NCBI GenBank assembly: GCA_964630365.1
Contig: CAZVUP010000006.1
Span: 1-60,276, forward strand
Direction of reading: 5' to 3'
Length of the DNA: 60,276 nt
Source of the DNA: an uncultured Muribaculaceae bacterium
GTDB taxonomy: Bacteria > Bacillota_I > Bacilli_A > RF39 > UBA660
A program made the position numbers and the translations under genes. Below the pieces are notes generated by a model. That model had not been told where the DNA came from. It searched no databases and saw only the letters and a list, made by a program, of their open reading frames with translations. Positions 30,650 to 38,338 of the stretch are shown here, one piece after another (position 1 is the first letter of the stretch; every line of letters starts with the position of its first letter).

Positions 30650-31408
30650 CTATACGCAAGTATATCCACCATCAATTGGTAAGATTACTCCTGTTACATA
30701 ACTTGCTTCATCACTTGCTAAAAAGATTGCTCCAGCATTTAATTCTCCTTCTTTTCCATATCGTTTCATTGGAACATGAGAATCAGCAAAAGCTTTGAAC
30801 ATATCTGTATCTAATACTTCTGTAGTTAACTCTGTATAGAAATATCCAGGACAAATTGCATTGACAGTAATATTATATTTTGCAAGTTCTGCTGCAGCTG
30901 CTCTTGTGAAGTTAACAACTGCTCCTTTTGATGAGTGATAAGCAATTGTTGGTATTTCAGTATTACCAACTAATCCATACATTGAAGCAATATTAATTAT
31001 TCGACCATAATTATTTTTCTTCATGATATTACCAAATGCTCTAGTCATCTTAAATACTGATGTTTCATCAGTAGCAATAGTAAAGTCCCATTCTTCATCA
31101 TTCATATCTAGTACACCTTTATCTTTTGATGAACCAGCACAGTTAACTAAGATATCTACTTTACCAAAAGTTTCTTCTGAAAGCTTTGCCGCATTATCAA
31201 TATCCTCTGTTGATGTAACATCACATTTAATTGGTAAAACTTTAACTCCTTTTTGTTCTAATTCTTCTTTTAATTCTTCTAGTTTTTCAACACGACGAGC
31301 TAAAATTACTAAATCAGCTCCTTGTTCAGCAAATCCTCTAGCCATTTGCTTTCCTAATCCACTTGATGCTCCACTAATAACTGCTACTCTTCCTTTTAAA
31401 TTAAACAT
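30650..31408 (-). CDS. SDR family oxidoreductase
   Basis: SGASSGLG, DILVNCAG, YHSSK, VNAICPG, DGG. Confidence 0.93.
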   Translation of the reverse strand: MFNLKGRVAVISGASSGLGKQMARGFAEQGADLVILARRVEKLEELKEELEQKGVKVLPIKCDVTSTEDIDNAAKLSEETFGKVDILVNCAGSSKDKGVLDMNDEEWDFTIATDETSVFKMTRAFGNIMKKNNYGRIINIASMYGLVGNTEIPTIAYHSSKGAVVNFTRAAAAELAKYNITVNAICPGYFYTELTTEVLDTDMFKAFADSHVPMKRYGKEGELNAGAIFLASDEASYVTGVILPIDGGYTCV

Positions 31409-31461
31409 ATTTCTATCTCCTTTACATTATATATTTCTTTTTAAGTATAACACACTTTTAT

Positions 31462-31989
31462 TTAATTTAATAACATATGTAGAAAAATATCGATAAAAAA
31501 TACTACTATTAATACCGGACAAGTTAAGTTTAGTTTAAATCTATTACTTTTTATTAACTTTATTAATTTAGGAATAATAAAATATATTAAAAACAATCCA
31601 GAAAGTCCAAACAAAAGGACTGATCTTAGACATATATAACCATTTATATTACCAAAGTTTAATATTTCTGTATTATAATCCCATAGTCTAGTATTAAGTA
31701 CTTCATAAAAGAACATTCCTGTAAGATATTCTAAAGTACCTGTTACTACTGTAGAAATTAAAAATACTAATAACGGTTTTTCTTTATATCTATACGTTAA
31801 TAAAAATATAAACAAACCACCAAAAGCATATATAGGTATCCATGGTCCATAGCTTGAACCTCTTTTTACTAGATAGCCTAAATCAATTAAATAGAATATT
31901 TCTTCATAAATAAAACCAGCTATACCACTAAGAATCATTATTAAAAATATTAAATTGAATTTTTCTTGTCTATTTAATTCTTTTATCAT
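31462..31989 (-). CDS. Putative ABC transporter permease family membrane protein (DUF1113-like)
   Basis: G.IYE, RG...GPWIPIY.FG, LEYLTG, LWDY, NINGYICL. Confidence 0.85.
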   Translation of the reverse strand: MIKELNRQEKFNLIFLIMILSGIAGFIYEEIFYLIDLGYLVKRGSSYGPWIPIYAFGGLFIFLLTYRYKEKPLLVFLISTVVTGTLEYLTGMFFYEVLNTRLWDYNTEILNFGNINGYICLRSVLLFGLSGLFLIYFIIPKLIKLIKSNRFKLNLTCPVLIVVFFIDIFLHMLLN

Positions 31990-32016
31990 ATAATTACCTC
32001 TTAAACATTATAACAT

Positions 32017-32045
32017 AAAAAGAAATAGCTTTAACTATTTCTTTT
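32017..32045 (-). terminator. Terminator closing the Asn operon
   Basis: AAAAGAAATAG ctttaa CTATTTCTTTT immediately after the asnS stop. Confidence 0.8.
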
Positions 32046-33415
32046 TAGTAATCACAACTTTTTTCTACTCGTGGATAAGCTGTTACATCTTTAATACTAG
32101 ACATACCTGTAATATACATTAAGAGTCTTTCAAATCCAATACCAAAACCGCTTCTTTCACATGTTCCATATTTTCTTAGTTTCAAATACCAATCATAGTC
32201 TTCTATTTTCATATCTAGTTTTTTCATTCTATCTAATAGTATATCGTAATCATCTTCTCTTTGACTCATTCCAAACACTTCACCTATTCCTGGTAATTCT
32301 AAATCAGCACCGGCTACTGTACCATCATCCATTTGTTTCATATAGAAAGCTTTTAATTCTTTGGGCCACATTGTTAAAAAGAATGGGCAATCAAAATATT
32401 CTGTTAAATATTTCTCATGTTCTTTAGCAATATCCTCACCATATTCTGGAGTGAATTCAAAATCTTTTTTACTCTTCTTTAATATTTTGATACATTCTTT
32501 ATAAGTAACTCTTTTAAATTTAGATGCTAATACTTTAGTTAATTTTTCTATTAAACCTTCTTCAACATACTTATCTAAATATTCCATTTCTTCTTTGGCA
32601 TGATCTAGTGTGTACTTTATGACATGTTTCATTAAATCCTCAGCAATGTCCATTATTCCATCTAAATCACAGAATGCTACTTCTGGTTCTATTTGCCAAA
32701 ACTCAGCTACATGATATGGAGTGTGAGATTTATCTGCTCTAAAAGTTGGACCAAAGGTATAAACTTTGCTAAAGCTTTGAGCGAATGTTTCGGCTTCAAA
32801 TTGAGTTGATACTGATAATCCTACTTTTTTACCAAAGAAATCATCTTCATAACTTACTTTTCCAGATTTGGCAATTTCATCTAAATCTTGAGTAGTTACT
32901 TGAAACATTTCTCCGGCACCTTCACAGTCACTGGCTGTAAGTATTGGAGCATGTAGATATAAATATCCTTCTTTTTGAAAGTAGTCATGAATGGCCATAA
33001 CAACAACACTACGTACTCTAAATACAGCTTGAAAAAGTGTTGTTCTTGGTCTTAAATATGCTTGTTCTCTTAAGAATTCTCTTGAATGTTTTTTAGGTTG
33101 AATTGGATAATCTTCTGAACAATCACCAATTAAAATTATTTCTTTAGCATGTAATTCAATCTCTTGACTCGTTCCTTGAGATTCTTTTAATATACCTTTT
33201 ACTTTTATAGCTGAACCAAAATGAATTTTAGTTATAGTTTCAAAATCTTTTGTAGTCTTATCATAAACTATTTGTAATTTCTTGAAGCAAGTACCATCAG
33301 ATAAATCAATAAAACCAATATCTTTTTGTTTACGGTGTTTTCTAATCCAGCCCTTTACTTCAATTTCTTTTTTTATTAAAGTTTTAGATGATTCATATAT
33401 TTTTTTAATATCCAT
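32045..33415 (-). CDS. asnS: Asparagine--tRNA ligase (divergent, Asn-free)
   Basis: OB-fold GWIR, LRPRT, DCEGAGEMFQVTT, VYTFGPTFRA, AEFW.IEPE, KAFYM, GFGIGFER. Confidence 0.9.
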   Translation of the reverse strand: MDIKKIYESSKTLIKKEIEVKGWIRKHRKQKDIGFIDLSDGTCFKKLQIVYDKTTKDFETITKIHFGSAIKVKGILKESQGTSQEIELHAKEIILIGDCSEDYPIQPKKHSREFLREQAYLRPRTTLFQAVFRVRSVVVMAIHDYFQKEGYLYLHAPILTASDCEGAGEMFQVTTQDLDEIAKSGKVSYEDDFFGKKVGLSVSTQFEAETFAQSFSKVYTFGPTFRADKSHTPYHVAEFWQIEPEVAFCDLDGIMDIAEDLMKHVIKYTLDHAKEEMEYLDKYVEEGLIEKLTKVLASKFKRVTYKECIKILKKSKKDFEFTPEYGEDIAKEHEKYLTEYFDCPFFLTMWPKELKAFYMKQMDDGTVAGADLELPGIGEVFGMSQREDDYDILLDRMKKLDMKIEDYDWYLKLRKYGTCERSGFGIGFERLLMYITGMSSIKDVTAYPRVEKSCDY

Positions 33416-33438
33416 AATATTCCTCCTTTCCTTTTTTA

Positions 33439-33621
33439 TTAAATTCTTTTTACTAATTGCATATCATAAGAGATTTTTTCTTCCATTATATGTTCTTTAA
33501 TTTTTTTTCTTAAAACTTTTTTAGCAGAATGTTTTTCTAATCTCTTGTAATATTCTTCTATTAAGATTTTTTCAAGAAGTAATAAATCTTTTTCTTCTCT
33601 TAAATATTCCGATCTTTTCAT
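33439..33621 (-). CDS. Small charged hypothetical protein (Asn-free)
   Basis: 60 aa with SD AAGGGGG; fills the asnA-asnS gap. Confidence 0.65.
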   Translation of the reverse strand: MKRSEYLREEKDLLLLEKILIEEYYKRLEKHSAKKVLRKKIKEHIMEEKISYDMQLVKRI

Positions 33622-33645
33622 TTAATTAACCCCCTTTTTATTTTT

Positions 33646-34614
33646 TTATAATTTCTTTTTTCCTTTTAATTCTTTTTCTGTTTTCTTTGTCCAGCTTGAA
33701 GCATGAACTTCAGCAATATGTTCTTTTTCTAATAAAAGCATTAGGATTCTTGATATACCTATTCCACCACCTATTGTATATGGTAATTTCTTTTTAATAA
33801 TATCTTGATGATATGGTTTATCTATTCTATCTATACAGTCTGCTTTTTCTAGTTGAGTAATTAGACTTTTTTCATCTACTCTAATTCCCATTGAAGTTAT
33901 TTCTATTGCTTCATCTAGTTTTTTATCATAAATTAGTATATCTCCATCTAATTGCCAATCATCATAATCTGGACTTCTTTTGTCATGTTTTTCACCGCTT
34001 TTTAATTTATCCCCTATACCAATAATAAATATTGCTTTCTTTTCTTTTGTATATAATTCTTCTCTTTCTTTAGGACTTTTATCTGGGTACATATCTTCTA
34101 GTTCTTGACTAGTAATAAATGTTATAGTCTTAGGTAAATCAATAGTAATAAAATGATATTTTTGTTTTACAAAGATAGCTGTTTGTCTTAGTGCTTTATA
34201 AATACTTTTTACAGTATCTTTTAAATATTTTATTGTTCTATCTTCTTTACTAATAACTTTTTCCCAGTCATATTGTTCAACAAAAAGTGAATGTATTTTA
34301 TCTACTTCTTCATCTTTTCTGATTGCTCGCATCTCTGTATATAATCCTTTGTGAAGTGGAAAACTATATCTTCCTAAGGCATCTCTTTTCCATTTAGCTA
34401 GAGAATGAACTATTTCAAATTTTTCTCCATCTTTTAGAAAAGTTACTGCTTTTTCTTTTCCTGATAAAGCATCTTGTAATCCTGAATCTGTTTTTACAAA
34501 TAGTGGTGATGGTACCTTTATTAAAGATAGTCTTCCTGCTAATTGTTTTTCAAAATATTTTTTAATGTCTTCTATTGCTATTAATGTCTCTAAATAGCTT
34601 AATTCTTTTTTCAT
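33646..34614 (-). CDS. asnA: Aspartate--ammonia ligase (Asn-free)
   Basis: EIVHSLAKWKR, HSLFVEQYDWE, HDKRSPDYDDW, SMGIRVD, TIGGGIG.SR. Confidence 0.95.
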   Translation of the reverse strand: MKKELSYLETLIAIEDIKKYFEKQLAGRLSLIKVPSPLFVKTDSGLQDALSGKEKAVTFLKDGEKFEIVHSLAKWKRDALGRYSFPLHKGLYTEMRAIRKDEEVDKIHSLFVEQYDWEKVISKEDRTIKYLKDTVKSIYKALRQTAIFVKQKYHFITIDLPKTITFITSQELEDMYPDKSPKEREELYTKEKKAIFIIGIGDKLKSGEKHDKRSPDYDDWQLDGDILIYDKKLDEAIEITSMGIRVDEKSLITQLEKADCIDRIDKPYHQDIIKKKLPYTIGGGIGISRILMLLLEKEHIAEVHASSWTKKTEKELKGKKKL

Positions 34615-34622
34615 TTTTATAA

Positions 34623-34691
34623 CCTCTTTCTTAATTTATTTTTTTTATAAATAAACCAAGATAGATTGTAGGAACTATCTACTTTATTTAT
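34623..34691 (-). promoter_or_regulatory. Alternative hairpins (anti-anti-SD / anti-SD) in the asnA leader
   Basis: Arm1 34675-34691 pairs with arm2 34647-34664; arm2 can instead pair with 34623-34640, which contains the asnA SD. Confidence 0.65.
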
Positions 34692-34726
34692 CTTAATTTC
34701 CTTTTGTTATTATTCTCATCTATCAT
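34688..34726 (-). CDS. Leader peptide MIDENNNKRKLR (three consecutive Asn codons)
   Basis: ATG ATA GAT GAG AAT AAT AAC AAA AGG AAA TTA AGA TAA, preceded by AAGGAAGTG; starts 5 nt after the upstream stop; not in the ORF track. Confidence 0.75.
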   Translation of the reverse strand: MIDENNNKRKLR

Positions 34727-34731
34727 AATAA

Positions 34732-35121
34732 TCACTTCCTTATTTTTTTAATTTTTGCTTCTTCTAAACTATCTAAGAATTCTTGTTTAGTAATTGGTGC
34801 TTTTACATATCCTTCTGATGTACTTATATAATACTTAGGTTGTTCTGGATAGTCTTCTGGAATTTTATCTAATATGTGAAAATATGTTAAAACATAAGTT
34901 GCTGGATCATCTATTCCCATTAATACCCTAGCTATTGGATATTTTCCAATAAAATATTCATCTTTTTTTACAAGTTCTCCAGTTGGTAATTTAGTACTAA
35001 TTTCTGCAAAAGATTTTTTATATTTCTTAGCAATCGCTATTAAAAATTCAATGTATTCTTTACTATAACTTTCACTTAAGCTATAAAACTTCATAATTTC
35101 TAACTCATCCATCAGTATCAC
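34732..35121 (-). CDS. Hypothetical protein, first gene after the Asn T-box (Asn-free; likely ATG at 35112)
   Basis: Strong SD AAGGAGGTG directly after the T-box terminator. Confidence 0.75.
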   Translation of the reverse strand: MILMDELEIMKFYSLSESYSKEYIEFLIAIAKKYKKSFAEISTKLPTGELVKKDEYFIGKYPIARVLMGIDDPATYVLTYFHILDKIPEDYPEQPKYYISTSEGYVKAPITKQEFLDSLEEAKIKKIRK

Positions 35122-35133
35122 CTCCTTTAAAAT

Positions 35134-35422
35134 AAAAATACCCGTATCATCCTACAATAAGGACGAATACGGGTATCCGTGGTGCCACCTTAATTTATTA
35201 CTAAAAAAACCATTTATATATAAATGGCTTGTTACTCAGTAATCTCTTTTCAGTTCTAACAAACCTAGCAACATGGTAACGGATTGCCTTCCGAACTAGC
35301 CTACTAAGATTAATCTTTTCGGTAGTTAGCTCCGAGGTGTTCTTTCGCCAAGATTTATTATTAGTTCACACTATACCTAACTCACTGAAATAAATACTTT
35401 GGGTACTTTTCCTCATCAATGC
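35134..35422 (-). ncRNA. T-box riboswitch, Asn-specific
   Basis: Stem I with GAAAAGTA, CAGTGAG, GTGTGAA; specifier AAC (35339-35341); T-box AATTAAGGTGGCACCACG with UGGC bulge (fits the G73 discriminator of tRNA-Asn); antiterminator AAGG/CCTT and ACG/CGT; terminator ATACCCGTAT/ATACGGGTAT plus U-run. Confidence 0.93.
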
Positions 35423-35428
35423 AGCTTA

Positions 35429-35457
35429 ATTATAACATATGTTTTAGTTTTTGTCAA
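35429..35457 (-). promoter_or_regulatory. Consensus sigma-A promoter of the Asn operon
   Basis: TTGACA-17 nt-TATAAT (with extended TG) just upstream of T-box stem I. Confidence 0.85.
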
Positions 35458-35554
35458 ATTAGGAATTGCTTTTGTAAAATTCTGACTAGTATTTATAATA
35501 GTCAATTACTATTTTTTATTTATAATGATATGATTATAATGAGGTGATTAAATA

Positions 35555-36358
35555 ATGGTTTTATCCATGGAAGTATTATTTATTTTTTTGGCAATTTTAA
35601 TTGTTTGTTTAATGGGATTTAAAAAATATGTCTGGTTTATTTCTTTAGGATATGGCTTTTCTATTTCAATAGTTGGAGTTATGCTTTTAATTCTATTTAG
35701 AGATAATCTTAGTTTTGGTTATGTTCTTGGTAGTTTAATACTAATTTGTTATGGGCTAAGGCTTGGTGGATTCTTAGCGTTTAGAGAATTAAAGAGTTCG
35801 GCATATAACAAAAAAATGAAAAAAGAAATATTAGATGGTTCACATATGACATTTCTTTTAAAATGTATGTTATGGATTACTTGTGCCCTACTTTATTTAC
35901 TTATGACATCCCCTGTAATTTATCGTTTTGTTAATGGTGATAGATGTGATACTTGTTTTTATATTGGAATGATTATTACTGTTTTAGGTATTACTTTAGA
36001 GGCTTGTAGTGACTTACAAAAAAGTAAAGCTAAAAAGAAAAATCCTAATAGATTTTGTGATAGTGGTTTATTTAAAATTGTCAGATGTCCAAACTACTTA
36101 GGAGAATTAATCATTTGGTTAGGAGTATTTATTTCAGGATTTACTACTCTTACAGGTATCGGACAATGGTTGATGGCTATTATAGGTTTTGTTGGTATTG
36201 TCTATATTATGTTTAGTGGTGCCAGAAGATTAGAACTTAGACAGGATAGAACTTATGGTGAAGATAAAGAATATAAAAATTATGTTAAAACTACACCTAT
36301 TTTAATTCCTTTTATTCCATTATATAGTGTCAAAAAATATAAATGGTTAGTTGGATAA
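35555..36358 (+). CDS. DUF1295 / steroid 5-alpha-reductase-like membrane protein
   Basis: YGLRLGGFL..R, E..SD.QK, GLF.IVR.PNYLGE..IW, Y..YVKTTP. Confidence 0.88.
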   Translation: MVLSMEVLFIFLAILIVCLMGFKKYVWFISLGYGFSISIVGVMLLILFRDNLSFGYVLGSLILICYGLRLGGFLAFRELKSSAYNKKMKKEILDGSHMTFLLKCMLWITCALLYLLMTSPVIYRFVNGDRCDTCFYIGMIITVLGITLEACSDLQKSKAKKKNPNRFCDSGLFKIVRCPNYLGELIIWLGVFISGFTTLTGIGQWLMAIIGFVGIVYIMFSGARRLELRQDRTYGEDKEYKNYVKTTPILIPFIPLYSVKKYKWLVG

Positions 36359-36384
36359 AAAAATCTAGAATTGATTTAGATTTT
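36358..36384. terminator. Bidirectional terminator
   Basis: AAAAAATCTAGA attga TTTAGATTTTTT between convergent genes. Confidence 0.6.
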
Positions 36385-38250
36385 TTTCTTTTTATATTGT
36401 ATTGAAGTTTCTTTTTTTGAAGTAATCAAGTCATCTAATACTCGATTGTTTTGACTACCTTCTAAAACTCTTTCGATTATTTCACTTACTTCTTCAATAC
36501 CCATATTATAAAACTCAGCTATTTCTTTTTCAGAAAAAGAATGATTATTAGAATATCCCAAATAAAGAAGAATGATAACTGACTCTTTTATTGAGTAATT
36601 TCTTAATGCTTCACTGATTTTAGCATTTTTCATACAATCTAATACTGCTAAATAATCTGTTCGATCTAATTTCTTTTTTTCAACTTGAACTATTTTTTTA
36701 GGCGTTGTTTTCTTTTTTATTTTTTTAAAATTAGGTATAATAAGGTCTTCTTCAATAGGTTCTTCTATCGCACTTGCTAATTCTTTAGTTGGGAATAATT
36801 TAAAACCCCTAGTTCCATATCGACGATATTCAGCTAAATTTTTTAATCCTTGAGTTGGATTATCTAAATAAATAGCAAATTCTTTGATGTAGGGAGAATT
36901 TCTTATTTTTTTTATGGCTCTAGCTTCAATTTGACGAATACGTTCTCTTTCTAAATTTTTCATTTTACCAATTTCTGCCAAGGTATGTTGCCTATTACCA
37001 TTAAGACCAAAGCGAAGACAAAGTATTTCATATTCTCTTTCTGTTAAATTACATCTTTCAAACAGTTTGTGCAAATCATTTCCTAAATTATTTCCTATTA
37101 CTTTATCTTCTATCAATTCATCATCTGCTGCTATAAACTGACCAAGTTCACCATCTTTTTCTTCTTTTATTTTTTCATTTAAGCTTCTTGGTGTTTGCTG
37201 AAAATAATAAATATCCGTTACTTTTTCGATTGGCATATTTAAATATTCAGCAATTTCTTCTATAGTTGCTTCTCTTCCTAAAATATCACGTAAAGCATTA
37301 GAAGCAGAATAATATTTTCTAACTAATTCAAATTGATTTACTGGTATTTTAATTGTTCGACTTTTTTCGGCTATGGCTCTTGTGATTGCTTGAAAAATCC
37401 ACCAAATCGCGTATGTAGAAAATCTATATCCCATATCAGGATCAAATCTTTCAATCGCTTGCATCATTCCAATATTTCCTTCTTGAATTAAATCAAGAAA
37501 TTCTAGGCCCCTATTTTTATAATTTTTCGCAATACTAACGACTAATCTTTGATTACTTTCAATAAACTTATTTTTAGCTTCTTCATCACCCATTTTTATT
37601 CTTTTTAAGATAGCAATTGATTCTTCTGGTGATAATAGTGGTATCTTTCCTATTTCATTTAGAAACATACCTGTTATATCAAGAGTATTAACATCTACTG
37701 AGTCATATTTTTCTTCTTGGACATCTGCCTTTATTCCTGTTAATTGGCAATATATTTCAGTAGTAATTATTAATAATATATTGTCTGTTATCTCACTAAT
37801 TTTACCTTCTTTTATTAATGCAATATTATTTTTTACAAAAGTATTAATAGCTTTTTTGTATACATAATTTTCATTAATCAACTTAGTAATCATACTATAA
37901 TCAAGGACATAGTCATAGGAGTCAATAAAGCATAATAGTTTATCAAAAAGATTATTACTTGCTTTATTTCTTTGAATGAAATTATTTATAGCTTGATAGG
38001 CAAATTCTTCATCTTTTAATCTTTCTTTAATTAGTTTTTTAATTTCTTTATCTAGTTCTGTTTTAATACTATTAAAGTCAGAATTTTTGTCTAATAGTTT
38101 TTTGAGAATATCTATTAATAATTGATAATTATTGTTAAATGTTTCTTGAATTAGATATTCATCATGTTCTTTTAGAGATGATTTTAAAATATCGAATACT
38201 CTTAATGATTTTTTTTCATTAGTACTTATCACCTCTATCATCCCCTTCAC
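36376..38250 (-). CDS. Extended RpoD-like sigma-70 factor (624 aa)
   Basis: Region 1.2 [11 protein letters not shown], region 2 [41 protein letters not shown], region 4 RERIRQIE; extra C-terminal HTH. Confidence 0.9.
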   Translation of the reverse strand: MKGMIEVISTNEKKSLRVFDILKSSLKEHDEYLIQETFNNNYQLLIDILKKLLDKNSDFNSIKTELDKEIKKLIKERLKDEEFAYQAINNFIQRNKASNNLFDKLLCFIDSYDYVLDYSMITKLINENYVYKKAINTFVKNNIALIKEGKISEITDNILLIITTEIYCQLTGIKADVQEEKYDSVDVNTLDITGMFLNEIGKIPLLSPEESIAILKRIKMGDEEAKNKFIESNQRLVVSIAKNYKNRGLEFLDLIQEGNIGMMQAIERFDPDMGYRFSTYAIWWIFQAITRAIAEKSRTIKIPVNQFELVRKYYSASNALRDILGREATIEEIAEYLNMPIEKVTDIYYFQQTPRSLNEKIKEEKDGELGQFIAADDELIEDKVIGNNLGNDLHKLFERCNLTEREYEILCLRFGLNGNRQHTLAEIGKMKNLERERIRQIEARAIKKIRNSPYIKEFAIYLDNPTQGLKNLAEYRRYGTRGFKLFPTKELASAIEEPIEEDLIIPNFKKIKKKTTPKKIVQVEKKKLDRTDYLAVLDCMKNAKISEALRNYSIKESVIILLYLGYSNNHSFSEKEIAEFYNMGIEEVSEIIERVLEGSQNNRVLDDLITSKKETSIQYKKKKI

Positions 38251-38338
38251 TAAGAATTAATTGCCCTATATTATAACATGATTAATAAAAAAAGAACAGT
38301 TATTTCTGTTCTTATATTAATTAGTTACTCTATCTGAA

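Noticed and set aside
16656-34734. Mycoplasma-type TGA=Trp code suggested by the low GC
   Set aside because: parC and orf129 end at TGA at sensible positions and conserved Trp residues use TGG.
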